A DNA stretch of 64,000 nt from the IMG/VR virus record IMGVR_UViG_3300030000_000004; one strand, given 5' to 3'. Shown one piece after another: positions 40,055-49,561 of this stretch (its first letter is position 1; the number at the start of each line of letters is the position of its first letter). Both the position numbers and the translations under genes were made by a program. The notes under the pieces were generated by a model. The model was given only the letters and a program-made list of their open reading frames with translations, was not told the DNA's origin and did no database searches. The stretch comes from an uncultured virus (IMG/VR IMGVR_UViG_3300030000_000004). Taxonomy: Duplodnaviria; Heunggongvirae; Uroviricota; Caudoviricetes.

Positions 40055-42028
40055 TTATTCTGTTTTAACCTTAGGTTGTGCAATCATTGTAAATAGATGG
40101 GAAAATTCTCCACCACTAAAAGTAGTTTTAACTTTCAGCACCATATATAATCCATCATAAAACATTTTTTCAGTGTAAAGTGGTTCACCTTCAATAAAAT
40201 TACCAGCATAATCAACATTGGGCGCTTTAATATTAAGCTTGACAAAAACCCCTTGTACAGATAAATCTGGACCACCAGATAGAGGGTCACCAACATTCTT
40301 TTTGGATGCAGAATCTAATTTAGGTTTTATGAATGTTGTTATGTATTCTCTTTTTGCAGTTGCAAATCCAGTCTTCACTGAATCTTCAAGTTGACCATTT
40401 GCTAACAGTTTAGGAATATCACGACCGTTAATAATTGGTGTATGTGGAGGGACACCACCACGACTTTCAACGTCTGCAAACTTTCTAATGATATTTGGAT
40501 TTCCTCTAAGCTTCATGTCTAAATTAATAGAACCCAAAAAGTGTAGATTGGCTAATGTTTTTAGATATTCCTGTTTAGCTTTGAATGATTCAATCCCAGA
40601 AGCAACGTCTGTATTTTCATTGTAGTGATTTACAGCATTAGAATGCTGAAGAACTGTTTTGGCACCAAAAAATATAGGATCACTATCTCTAATGGTAGAT
40701 TCTCTTTCGTTAATTTTTTGATTAGACTGTTTCTCGTTAAGTTTAACATCACTCATCTTCTGTCCTGCTTCAGCATTCTGTGCTAAAGCAGTTCGACCTA
40801 ATCGCATTGCACCATTAATTGCTACAGCTGCAGCTTCTGGTTGGAATTCAATGTTCAAATCCTGAATGTGACTGTTGAAACCTGTATAAATGAAATCATA
40901 TTCAATCAAGTTTATCTTATCAGATTTAATTTTTTCTGGTGTCAAAATCTTAACAGGAAAAATGTCAAAGTGTAAAATGTATGTTGAATCATCAGATGTA
41001 ATATTTTTGATGCATTTAAAATATGCAGCAGAATCATTGTTTTTGTTATCTTTACTGAGCAGCTTTAAAAAATCTGTAGAAGATTCTAATATGAGTTTAA
41101 TAGAATCTGTAATTGATGAAGAAGCAGAAAATGTTATTTGAGAATCGGCAATAATTTTGTTACTTGCTGCTTTAACTTTTCCTCTTGATGGAAATCTTTG
41201 TTCTGAATTTTTGTTTGATTGTGCTAAATCCGGTTGAAAGTTCTTCCATTCATCGGGTAACGTAATCATGTACTGGACCAATTTTCCTGGACGTTTACTT
41301 GTTGATCCTTTGTTGTATTTGACGTAAAAATTAGTTGATGCAGTATTAAGCTGATCTTCCAATGATTGGATTAATCCACCTATTGTCTTTGATCTACCAA
41401 CAGTACTGACATTATTAACGTCACAGCGACCATTTACTTGTGCATCAGCTATTGTGTTTTTTGTTAATCCCTCAATCGTTGCAAAGGATATATCATAGAT
41501 TGATCCCGTTGCTCCAAAATTGAATCCCATTTTTAATATGGTAAATGGGATATGACATGTTGAAATGGTTTCAGTTGTCCCATCATCTTTGTGACCAATG
41601 AATAAAATAGAAAGTAAAAAGAATGCAGATGCATGTGTAGACTTTAATTTGTTCTGTGTTAAATCAGCTATATAATTAAAGAATGATAAACCGGTCGTAT
41701 CTTGTATTTTCATAGACGACAGGCTTGTCATTGCTGATGGATTAGAAACTTTTCCTGTTCCAATCAGATGTTCAAATTCTAAATCAGTAATCGTATATTG
41801 AACGAAGCGGCGAGTATCTAAAACTAAATATGCAGTGTTTTGTCCAACTGTAAAAGCTTCTCCAAGTCCAATGTTTTGAACTCTACTATAAAGTGGGGTT
41901 TTATTACTGCTACCAATAATATCAGCCATTGCTTCTGTTGAAGATGCAGCAGTCATCAAATAATGATATGAGTATGTCCTAAAGTTGTCCAGAGGATTAG
42001 GATAATTATTTGCTATTGTAACTGACAT
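40055..42028 (-). CDS. baseplate hub protein (gp27-like by position)
   Basis: NPLDNFRTYSY; LRGNP; DGLYMVLKVKTTFSGGEF; sits between gp53 and gp5. Confidence 0.65.
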   Translation of the reverse strand: MSVTIANNYPNPLDNFRTYSYHYLMTAASSTEAMADIIGSSNKTPLYSRVQNIGLGEAFTVGQNTAYLVLDTRRFVQYTITDLEFEHLIGTGKVSNPSAMTSLSSMKIQDTTGLSFFNYIADLTQNKLKSTHASAFFLLSILFIGHKDDGTTETISTCHIPFTILKMGFNFGATGSIYDISFATIEGLTKNTIADAQVNGRCDVNNVSTVGRSKTIGGLIQSLEDQLNTASTNFYVKYNKGSTSKRPGKLVQYMITLPDEWKNFQPDLAQSNKNSEQRFPSRGKVKAASNKIIADSQITFSASSSITDSIKLILESSTDFLKLLSKDNKNNDSAAYFKCIKNITSDDSTYILHFDIFPVKILTPEKIKSDKINLIEYDFIYTGFNSHIQDLNIEFQPEAAAVAINGAMRLGRTALAQNAEAGQKMSDVKLNEKQSNQKINERESTIRDSDPIFFGAKTVLQHSNAVNHYNENTDVASGIESFKAKQEYLKTLANLHFLGSINLDMKLRGNPNIIRKFADVESRGGVPPHTPIINGRDIPKLLANGQLEDSVKTGFATAKREYITTFIKPKLDSASKKNVGDPLSGGPDLSVQGVFVKLNIKAPNVDYAGNFIEGEPLYTEKMFYDGLYMVLKVKTTFSGGEFSHLFTMIAQPKVKTE

Positions 42029-42029
42029 A

Positions 42030-42404
42030 TTAAATTATTACTGGAGAAATTGTGTTAATAGGTTGACGTACTGAAGCTATACCACCTTGCTTAGATGAAA
42101 GCATTAATGAGAGTCTATCTTTTGTTGGGATCATTAATACTCGACCCGCAACTATTTCAGTTAGTGGATCCAAGATATTATTAAATTGGGCTATTACCCA
42201 CCAATAACGATCTTCACCGTAAAAAGCTGTGGCAATTTTATCTATACGACCGGCATAGATATTTTCAACTGCATAATAGATGTCAGTATTGTCTGCTGGG
42301 AAAATGTTTCTATCCCACCATTCTATTTTACCGTCAGCTATTTCTGTTGTACCACCACCAACATACCTTGAATATTTGTTGTAGACACTATTTGTATTTT
42401 CCAT
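42030..42404 (-). CDS. gp53: baseplate wedge LysM-like protein (gp53-like)
   Basis: GRIDKIATAFYGEDRYWWVIAQFNNILDP...GRVLMIP. Confidence 0.85.
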   Translation of the reverse strand: MENTNSVYNKYSRYVGGGTTEIADGKIEWWDRNIFPADNTDIYYAVENIYAGRIDKIATAFYGEDRYWWVIAQFNNILDPLTEIVAGRVLMIPTKDRLSLMLSSKQGGIASVRQPINTISPVII

Positions 42405-42405
42405 A

Positions 42406-43524
42406 TTACCTCACTGAGCTACTACTTTTTGATCCACCCATTGATGAAGATCCATAAATTTCAGATTTAGTAAGAGTACGAGCTACACTTTCAGCTTTAT
42501 TAATTTCACTCTGACTTACTGTTGTTGTTTCTTGTCTTACTTCTGCTGAAGTATCAGCAGAAGTTGTTTGATTACCATTAGAAGAGGTGTTAATTGGAAT
42601 TGCAACTGTAACAGGTTTGTATGCACCTGACATATCTCCATTTTTAAAACTATTGAGATCAAATCCACTTTGTTCTGCTGGAGACCAAGATTCTTTAAGG
42701 TCCAATGAAACAGAAACTATAACAGGAAATGGTACTTTAACAAATTTTCCATTTGCATCTCTGGCAATTGCTTGCAAATAATCAACATCGTTTGGCCAAT
42801 CCCAACTATATGATTCAAGTACACATTGAATAGGACCAATCATCTGTTCACCATAAGCAGACAATGTTAAGATTGGAGGTGGTGCACCAAGATACGCAGA
42901 AGATGTATATTTTGTATCAGCAGTTCCACTACCAACAAATGGTTTATTCCATGTCCTTATCATATTTATATAAGCCAAATTGAGAGATGCTTCTTCAACT
43001 GTTCTAGCAATTAACTTTCCTGAGATACTCCATGATCGTGCTGTTGTATTCCTAAATTTTAAAATTTCACCACCAGCATGTAATGGAGCAAATGAATCAT
43101 ATGATGCACTGTTTCGTTCTGATATGCTTGGCATAACTTCAAATACCAAAGTATTTAAACCTGAGTCAGTTGCTGGACGTTGTGTGATTGTTACTTTTTG
43201 CTCAATGGTTCGGTTGCTAGTATCATCTGAATCAAAAATTGATGCAGGAGTTGAGTCAGATGAACCTGCACCCAAAAATGCTTCAGCTGCCCCAGTGGCA
43301 GCATTTTTGACAGTAGCAACACCATTTGCGATGCTCAACGTATCTTTATTAGTTAGACTAGAAAAATTATTTACAAGACCCCTTTTCTGAAGGAAATCAC
43401 CTAATTCATCTTTAACTTTTGATACAGTTGCTGTTGCATAATTTGAAATAGTACTCAAATTAATTTGATTAGATGAAGTCTTAGGTAGACTTAAGCTGTC
43501 TTCTTCACTTAAACCAGATGGCAT
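42406..43524 (-). CDS. tail tube initiator / baseplate protein (gp48/gp54-like)
   Basis: MPSISERNSASY, GAPPPILTLSAYG, YSWDWPNDVDY. Confidence 0.7.
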   Translation of the reverse strand: MPSGLSEEDSLSLPKTSSNQINLSTISNYATATVSKVKDELGDFLQKRGLVNNFSSLTNKDTLSIANGVATVKNAATGAAEAFLGAGSSDSTPASIFDSDDTSNRTIEQKVTITQRPATDSGLNTLVFEVMPSISERNSASYDSFAPLHAGGEILKFRNTTARSWSISGKLIARTVEEASLNLAYINMIRTWNKPFVGSGTADTKYTSSAYLGAPPPILTLSAYGEQMIGPIQCVLESYSWDWPNDVDYLQAIARDANGKFVKVPFPVIVSVSLDLKESWSPAEQSGFDLNSFKNGDMSGAYKPVTVAIPINTSSNGNQTTSADTSAEVRQETTTVSQSEINKAESVARTLTKSEIYGSSSMGGSKSSSSVR

Positions 43525-43526
43525 AA

Positions 43527-44237
43527 TTATTCCTTCATTGATGATTTAATTTTAGAAAACATTTTCTTTGCTAATTCTGGTTTATGAGCTAAACCTACAA
43601 TTTCTGCAAACTCTTTTTCATAACCTAATTCAACTGCTCTCCTAGCAAGTGAACCAGATATTATATCGGTTGATATATCTCCATCTTTATGGAGGTCATT
43701 TAATGCAGCATCTAATGCTTGAGATTTTTCACCCTTCTTAGTCAATACTGCATTTTCATCTCGTGGTAATTCTATCTTGTAATGTTTTATTTCTGTCCCA
43801 TCTGGTTTCTTGAAATGCTTATTGAGAATGGAAAGGTAATCATCTATTCTATCTGAACCTGCTGCAACAGCAATAGGCTCATAGCCTTGATCTCTTAAAG
43901 ATGATAGGGCAGTAAAGGCATTCGAGGCAGTTAAAAATACTACCCCATTGGTATTACCAGAAGCCTTCATGAAATTTATTCTATCTGACACAGATAAAGG
44001 ATTTCGTGAATGGTCATCATCTGACTTGCTTCCACCGATAACAACTACAACTGGACTAAATTCTAGTCCTAGGTTTGGGTTACTTTTGATAAACTTAATG
44101 ACCTTTTTTATAACTTCATAATGACCAGCTGTGGGAGGTTGAAAACGCCCAAGTACAACTGCCACCCTCTTTTTCCCCATTGGAGAGAGGTCCTCATATA
44201 GGGTATTTAACGTTAATTGATAATCTATATCGTACAT
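43527..44237 (-). CDS. HIGH-superfamily nucleotidyltransferase (cytidylyltransferase-like)
   Basis: GRFQPPTAGH, RNPL, AGSDR, ISGSLARR. Confidence 0.85.
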   Translation of the reverse strand: MYDIDYQLTLNTLYEDLSPMGKKRVAVVLGRFQPPTAGHYEVIKKVIKFIKSNPNLGLEFSPVVVVIGGSKSDDDHSRNPLSVSDRINFMKASGNTNGVVFLTASNAFTALSSLRDQGYEPIAVAAGSDRIDDYLSILNKHFKKPDGTEIKHYKIELPRDENAVLTKKGEKSQALDAALNDLHKDGDISTDIISGSLARRAVELGYEKEFAEIVGLAHKPELAKKMFSKIKSSMKE

Positions 44238-44268
44238 GGGGTTCTTTCGAGAGATTAATTTGATTATT

Positions 44269-44276
44269 TATTTATA
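44269..44276 (-). promoter_or_regulatory. T4-type late promoter for the baseplate operon
   Basis: TATAAATA on -. Confidence 0.75.
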
Positions 44277-44306
44277 CATCAGACCTCTTTTCAGAAACCA
44301 CTGAAG

Positions 44307-44335
44307 TTTACATTCAATAAATAGTAGAATATAAT
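44307..44335 (+). promoter_or_regulatory. sigma70-type promoter for the gp55 operon
   Basis: TTTACA-17 bp-TATAAT. Confidence 0.7.
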
Positions 44336-44367
44336 AGAACATCTCCTATTATAAAGGAGAAAATATT

Positions 44368-45096
44368 TTGACAGTTTCTAAAAAAGTTAAGCCACCGAAG
44401 ATTAAAAGAGAAAAGTCTACCTCATCAGAGGGACATTACGTTGATAAAGTAGAGTTACTGAATGCAGTCCTCGAAGCGAAGAAGATAGGAAAAGTAACCG
44501 ATAAACTGATATCAATGATCTGGGCTATTGCTGAGCATTATTCCAGAAAACATAACTTCATTGGTTATTCATTTAGAAGTGATATGGTCTCAGCAGCAGT
44601 TGAGAACATGTGTAAAAATGCGCTAAAGTTTGATGCTGAAAAGTATGATAACCCATTTGCATATTACACTCAAAGTGTGTATCACTCATTCCTCCAATAT
44701 CTTGCTGATGAAAAACGTCATAGGAACATTCGTGATGCCTTATTGATTGACGCAGGTTCTAATCCAAGTTTCAACTTCCTTGAAGGTGAACGTGATGAAC
44801 AGCATTTTGAAATAAGTGAATCAGATGAATATTTTCTACCTGACGTTGATGTAGAAGTTGAGAATCTAGATAACATAACCGTGAGAGATGAACTTGCAGA
44901 ACTTCTAGGTGAAAATGAGCCTGTACCTGCTGTAATCAAACGTGAAGAAAAGCACCGTTATGCACATAGACTTCCAGGTGCAGTCAAACGATATGGTCCT
45001 AATGATATCGAAATTGATGCTGATGGTAATATCACGATAAAAACCAAACCCGATGCAAAAGTAAAGAAGACAAAAGTATCCACGCCTAACACTTAA
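44368..45096 (+). CDS. gp55: late-transcription sigma factor (T4 gp55-like)
   Basis: HYVDKVEL, NFIGYSFRSDM, FDAEKYDNPFAYYTQ, FLQYLADEKRH; AAGGAG + TTG; precedes gp47/gp46. Confidence 0.9.
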   Translation: MTVSKKVKPPKIKREKSTSSEGHYVDKVELLNAVLEAKKIGKVTDKLISMIWAIAEHYSRKHNFIGYSFRSDMVSAAVENMCKNALKFDAEKYDNPFAYYTQSVYHSFLQYLADEKRHRNIRDALLIDAGSNPSFNFLEGERDEQHFEISESDEYFLPDVDVEVENLDNITVRDELAELLGENEPVPAVIKREEKHRYAHRLPGAVKRYGPNDIEIDADGNITIKTKPDAKVKKTKVSTPNT

Positions 45097-45106
45097 GGAG
45101 TGGATA

Positions 45107-46129
45107 ATGAAACTTGCACTTTTTACCGATATACACTTCGGTGCGAAAAACAATTCATACCAGCACAATGCTGATTGTTTAGATTATATTTCCTGGTTTA
45201 AAGCAAATGTTATTGCTAAGAAGTGTAATGCGATCGTATTCATGGGTGACTGGTTTGAGAACCGAAATGCTATCAATGTCAGTACCCTGAATTATTCAAA
45301 TGATGCACTTGAGTCTTTAGATGAATTAGGACTCCCAATTTACTTTATTATTGGGAATCATGATCTTTATCACCGTGGTAATCGTGAACAATATTCAACG
45401 TATCAATTTAAAAAATTCAAAAATGTCGTCTTAATTAATGAGATGACACAAGTTGATAATATGTTGTTCTTCCCTTACTTATTCTCTAAGGAATATCCAG
45501 ATGCAGCATCAGCTATTGAAAAGATAAAACCTGAATACGTGTTTGGTCACTTTGAATTTAGAAATTTTATTGTGACTGGATCTGATAGAATGATTGATCA
45601 TGGACCAGATCACAAGATGTTTAGTATTCCAAAATACTTATTCTCTGGTCATTATCACAAACGACAAGCCCACGACAACGTCATTTACATTGGTAATACC
45701 TTCCCAACTAATTATGGTGATGCATGGGATGATGCTAGAGGTATGGCACTACTAGATACTGATAAAGAAGAAGTTGACTTTATTGATTGGAATGAATGTC
45801 CAACATACAGAAAAGTGAAACTATCAGATGTTCTAAATGGACAAGTAGAGTATCCAAACAAATGCAGGGTGAGATGTCTAATCGATATTGATATCGGTTA
45901 TTCTGAGGCTCAATCACTTCGTGAAGAAATGATTTCGTCATTAGGTCTTCGTGAATTTTCTTTAGAAGAAAATGTAGCAGAAAGAAAAGAAGCCATAGCA
46001 GGTGAAGAAATGGAAGATTTTGATATTGGATTATTGAATGATGCAGTTATCAAAATGCTACATGCTGGTGTAACAGGAACAACTACAATTAACCCTTCAA
46101 AATTAATCGAAATATATGAACGACTATAA
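45107..46129 (+). CDS. gp47: recombination nuclease (gp47 / Mre11 / SbcD)
   Basis: TDIHFG, GDWF, GNHD, GHFE, SGHYH. Confidence 0.92.
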   Translation: MKLALFTDIHFGAKNNSYQHNADCLDYISWFKANVIAKKCNAIVFMGDWFENRNAINVSTLNYSNDALESLDELGLPIYFIIGNHDLYHRGNREQYSTYQFKKFKNVVLINEMTQVDNMLFFPYLFSKEYPDAASAIEKIKPEYVFGHFEFRNFIVTGSDRMIDHGPDHKMFSIPKYLFSGHYHKRQAHDNVIYIGNTFPTNYGDAWDDARGMALLDTDKEEVDFIDWNECPTYRKVKLSDVLNGQVEYPNKCRVRCLIDIDIGYSEAQSLREEMISSLGLREFSLEENVAERKEAIAGEEMEDFDIGLLNDAVIKMLHAGVTGTTTINPSKLIEIYERL

Positions 46130-46517
46130 CTTATCTGACCAATTAAAATCTGATAGTACTATGACAACGTTAGAAGCTGTTAGGTTATGTTTGATGTTGG
46201 GATGGCATAAGGTAAATGTACAAATGGGGATAATATTACCATCTCAGGTAACACTTAAAGATTTCCGTAACGTGTTAACTGATGAAGATAAATCTGTTCC
46301 AGACTGGATAAAAGCCAAAGCAACTCGATCAAATATTCAGACTATGGAATTTGATTCTGGTTCTAGAATTTCACTTAGGCTGAAATCTAATAATTTTAGA
46401 GGCATGTCTTTTAATTTACTGTTGATCCACCGATGTGTAAATATAGAAGATAAAAACATTATTGACCTTCTACCCTGTCTCTATTCAACAAAAGCAACAA
46501 TAGGATTTTTCAATTGA
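46116..46517 (+). CDS. hypothetical protein resembling a degenerate terminase ATPase fragment
   Basis: VPDWIK...MEFDSGSRI...FRGMSFNLLLI. Confidence 0.55.
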   Translation: MNDYNLSDQLKSDSTMTTLEAVRLCLMLGWHKVNVQMGIILPSQVTLKDFRNVLTDEDKSVPDWIKAKATRSNIQTMEFDSGSRISLRLKSNNFRGMSFNLLLIHRCVNIEDKNIIDLLPCLYSTKATIGFFN

Positions 46518-48277
46518 GTACACCATTCAACTTCAAAGAAGTCATCCTCCGGAACTTTATGAGTTTCGGAAACTCTTTAACATCTGTCGATCTTAGAGAT
46601 TTCAATAGTACCCTTATTTTAGGAGAGAATGTTGATACGGGTGGAGCGAATGGATGTGGCAAAAGTTCTATCTTAAATGCTATCTGTTATGCACTGTTCA
46701 ATAAACCATTTGACAACATCTCACTTCAGAAATTAATCAACTCAACCAATGGGTTGAAAAACACCCTTATGGAAGTTAGATTGATTTTCAATAAGGGTGA
46801 TGATGAATATGAAATTTATAGATGCAGAGGTGAGACTTTTAATATCAAAATTTTCATGAATGGTGATGACATTACACTTGATAGTGTATCTGAAAATGAT
46901 AAAATGGTTACTGAAATTGTCGGTTTCAGTTATGAACTTTTCACAAAAGTTATTATCTTTTCTGGTTCGTCTACTCCATTCTTGCAAATGCCAGTATCAC
47001 AACAGCGTTCACAGATTGAAGAACTATTCAATATCACGTTGCTCACAGAAAAAGCTGTTAAGTTAAAAGAAATAATAAAGTCGACAGAAGGTAGTATTGC
47101 TATTCAAGATGCTGTCATTAAAGAACAAGAGAGTCAAGTAGTTCTGTATGAACGTCAGTGTAAAGATGCACAAGCTCGGGTGAAAAGGTGGTATGAGGAT
47201 CGTGATCGTCAGATTGTTACTCTTACAAATGAGTTAGCTCTCATCAACACATTGAATATGAGCGATGAAAAAGAATTACACACTCTAGTTTCATCTCTTA
47301 AGAAGTCAGAAGCAGAATTGAACAACCAGCTTCGCATTCATAATAATGACAGAACATCATTGAAGGCTGATATTAAGAAGTTGGGTTCAGAACTTAAACA
47401 CCTAACAGAAGACAAATGCCCATACTGCTTACAGTCCTATGAGGGTGCAAGCAACAAGCTTATTGAGAAAAATGAATCATTGATTGAAAAACAGAATGCA
47501 TTGGAAAAATTAGAAGAAGTAATTTCATCTAAGGAAGCTGAAGTTAAAGAATTGACGGATCAACGTTTAGCAGCAAATGAAATAATGCAATTCTCAAGTC
47601 TTGAAGCAGCAATTAGAGCAGAAAATTCTGCATTAACTGCACAGACTAAAATAGATGATTGGACAATTGCTATTAACCCACACGTTGAAGCACTTGAAGA
47701 CCTTAAGAATCAATCTGTCAAAACAGTATCGTATTTTGATTTGGACAATTTAAAGAAAGAACTTGAACACCAACAGTTTCTTCTTAAACTTCTAACTGAT
47801 AAAAATTCATTCATTCGTAGAAAGATTATCAGTAAGACTATCCCATTCCTTAACAAGCGACTCATTTATTATACCCGTGAAATGGGTCTTCCACATGTTG
47901 TTAAATTTGATGATGATATGAGTTGTACAGTTTCTGAGTACAGTAGAGAGTTAGACTTTGGTAATCTTTCTGGTGGTGAAAAGAAACGAGTTAATTTTTC
48001 TCTTTCATTGGCTTTTAGAGATGTGCTTCATCACCTACATGCTAAAGTGAACTGTTTATTCGTTGATGAAATTGATGGATCTTTAGATGGTAGTGGTGTT
48101 GAGAATATTTTCAAACTTCTCAAGACTAAAGTCAGAGATGAAGGTATTGGCCTTTGGATAATATCTCATAGACCAGAGGCAATTGGCAGATTTGATCGTT
48201 CACTTATAGTAAGAAAAGAAAATGGATTTTCTAGACTATATGATGAAGACAATAATGAAATAGGAGTGGTTGAATGA
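46514..48277 (+). CDS. gp46: recombination ATPase (gp46 / Rad50 / SbcC)
   Basis: NFMSFGN, Walker A NGCGKS, Zn hook CPYC, LSGGEKKR, Walker B FVDE, ISH. Confidence 0.93.
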   Translation: MSTPFNFKEVILRNFMSFGNSLTSVDLRDFNSTLILGENVDTGGANGCGKSSILNAICYALFNKPFDNISLQKLINSTNGLKNTLMEVRLIFNKGDDEYEIYRCRGETFNIKIFMNGDDITLDSVSENDKMVTEIVGFSYELFTKVIIFSGSSTPFLQMPVSQQRSQIEELFNITLLTEKAVKLKEIIKSTEGSIAIQDAVIKEQESQVVLYERQCKDAQARVKRWYEDRDRQIVTLTNELALINTLNMSDEKELHTLVSSLKKSEAELNNQLRIHNNDRTSLKADIKKLGSELKHLTEDKCPYCLQSYEGASNKLIEKNESLIEKQNALEKLEEVISSKEAEVKELTDQRLAANEIMQFSSLEAAIRAENSALTAQTKIDDWTIAINPHVEALEDLKNQSVKTVSYFDLDNLKKELEHQQFLLKLLTDKNSFIRRKIISKTIPFLNKRLIYYTREMGLPHVVKFDDDMSCTVSEYSRELDFGNLSGGEKKRVNFSLSLAFRDVLHHLHAKVNCLFVDEIDGSLDGSGVENIFKLLKTKVRDEGIGLWIISHRPEAIGRFDRSLIVRKENGFSRLYDEDNNEIGVVE

Positions 48278-48570
48278 AATTATTTATGCATAAGTCAGTA
48301 AATGAAAATGCACATGAAATGTATCCAGAAAATGTTGTATTTGCATTTGGTAAACGAACATATTTACCATTTGGAGGCATAGAAATAAAAACTATTGGTA
48401 AATATTTTAGGTTTGAATTTCCATTTATTGTTAAACGTGAAGTTTTTAGTAGTAGAAATTTCCAACTTGAAATGATGAAATGTAGATATGTTATTCACAT
48501 TTATAGCAGACATTGGATCACAACTAATGAGACACATTGGGAAGGTAAATCAGGATGGAGGGCTATATGA
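48274..48570 (+). CDS. hypothetical protein (paralog of next ORF)
   Basis: MKLF...VFAFGKR...YFRFEFPF...KCRYV. Confidence 0.65.
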   Translation: MKLFMHKSVNENAHEMYPENVVFAFGKRTYLPFGGIEIKTIGKYFRFEFPFIVKREVFSSRNFQLEMMKCRYVIHIYSRHWITTNETHWEGKSGWRAI

Positions 48571-48902
48571 AATTATTTGAAAGACGAGATGCTCTAGAAG
48601 GAGCAGCACTTACTAAAGATGTGATTTTTGTTTTTGGTAGAAAATTACGATACGATAGCAATCGTGAGAAGGTTACTAAGAATGGATGGTATTTTAAATT
48701 TGAATTTCCATTTGTGTTTGAACGTGAATTAATGGATCATAATACATTTTTAATGAGGAAATTTAAATGTCGATGGGTATTCTATTTCATGAGAAGAACA
48801 CTTGTTAATTCTTGTAAAAAAGTCAATTTTCAAATCTCAATGATGGTTCCATTAGATGCATCTAATGACCCAGTAGTTGAATCACCTCAGTCATTATCCT
48901 GA
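48567..48902 (+). CDS. hypothetical protein (paralog of previous ORF)
   Basis: Start moved to MKLF after GGAGG; IFVFGRK...YFKFEFPF...KCRWV. Confidence 0.65.
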   Translation: MKLFERRDALEGAALTKDVIFVFGRKLRYDSNREKVTKNGWYFKFEFPFVFERELMDHNTFLMRKFKCRWVFYFMRRTLVNSCKKVNFQISMMVPLDASNDPVVESPQSLS

Positions 48903-48970
48903 TTTAGTTCATAACTGGTTATGTTAAATAGATTATGCATTCGCATATTCAACTAACATAATCAGGTAAC

Positions 48971-49561
48971 ATGACAATCAAATCAAATCCAGGTGCTGAA
49001 GCACCTAAAAAAGAAAAGCGTAAACTTAAACCAGGAATGGGCAAAGCAAAAGGTAACGGTTTCGAAGGTGTAATATCCAAGAAACTATCTACTGCTTTAG
49101 CGCCATTAACATTTATCCGTAGCCCAGGTTCTGGTGCAAGAGTAGGCGGTAAAAACTTTGCTACATTCGGTAAGATGTTTGGTGAAGAAGCAATGAAGCT
49201 CTTTGTTGGTGATGTAGTAGTCACTAATGAAAAGGATGTCGGCTTAACTTTTAAGCACTCAATTGAATGCAAGTCCTATGCTAAGTCAGACAGCTTTGAA
49301 ACAATGGTTGCTGGTAACTCAAACATTTTCAAATGGTTCCAAGAAAGTGTTGTTGATGCTGAAAAGACACATAAGAATCCTCTATTGATTTTTAAATGGA
49401 ACCATACACCAATCTACGTGATTGGACTCTATAATGAAATGCCAAAGAACCCAAGATTGATCTTGGCACAAAATGATGTAACACTTAGCGTGTTTTATCT
49501 GGATGATTTACTTATTCACCCAGAATTTTGGTATACTGGTAAGAAAGAACAAAATGACTGA
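48971..49561 (+). CDS. Holliday junction resolvase (PD-(D/E)XK, Hjc-like)
   Basis: KGNGFE, RSPGSGA, GD, IECK, PLLIFK. Confidence 0.8.
   Translation: MTIKSNPGAEAPKKEKRKLKPGMGKAKGNGFEGVISKKLSTALAPLTFIRSPGSGARVGGKNFATFGKMFGEEAMKLFVGDVVVTNEKDVGLTFKHSIECKSYAKSDSFETMVAGNSNIFKWFQESVVDAEKTHKNPLLIFKWNHTPIYVIGLYNEMPKNPRLILAQNDVTLSVFYLDDLLIHPEFWYTGKKEQND

Noticed and set aside
34700..43524. Bacterial contractile injection system (T6SS/eCIS) or tailocin
   Set aside because: Linked to portal, protease, scaffold, capsid, gp55 and replication genes, so it is a phage tail
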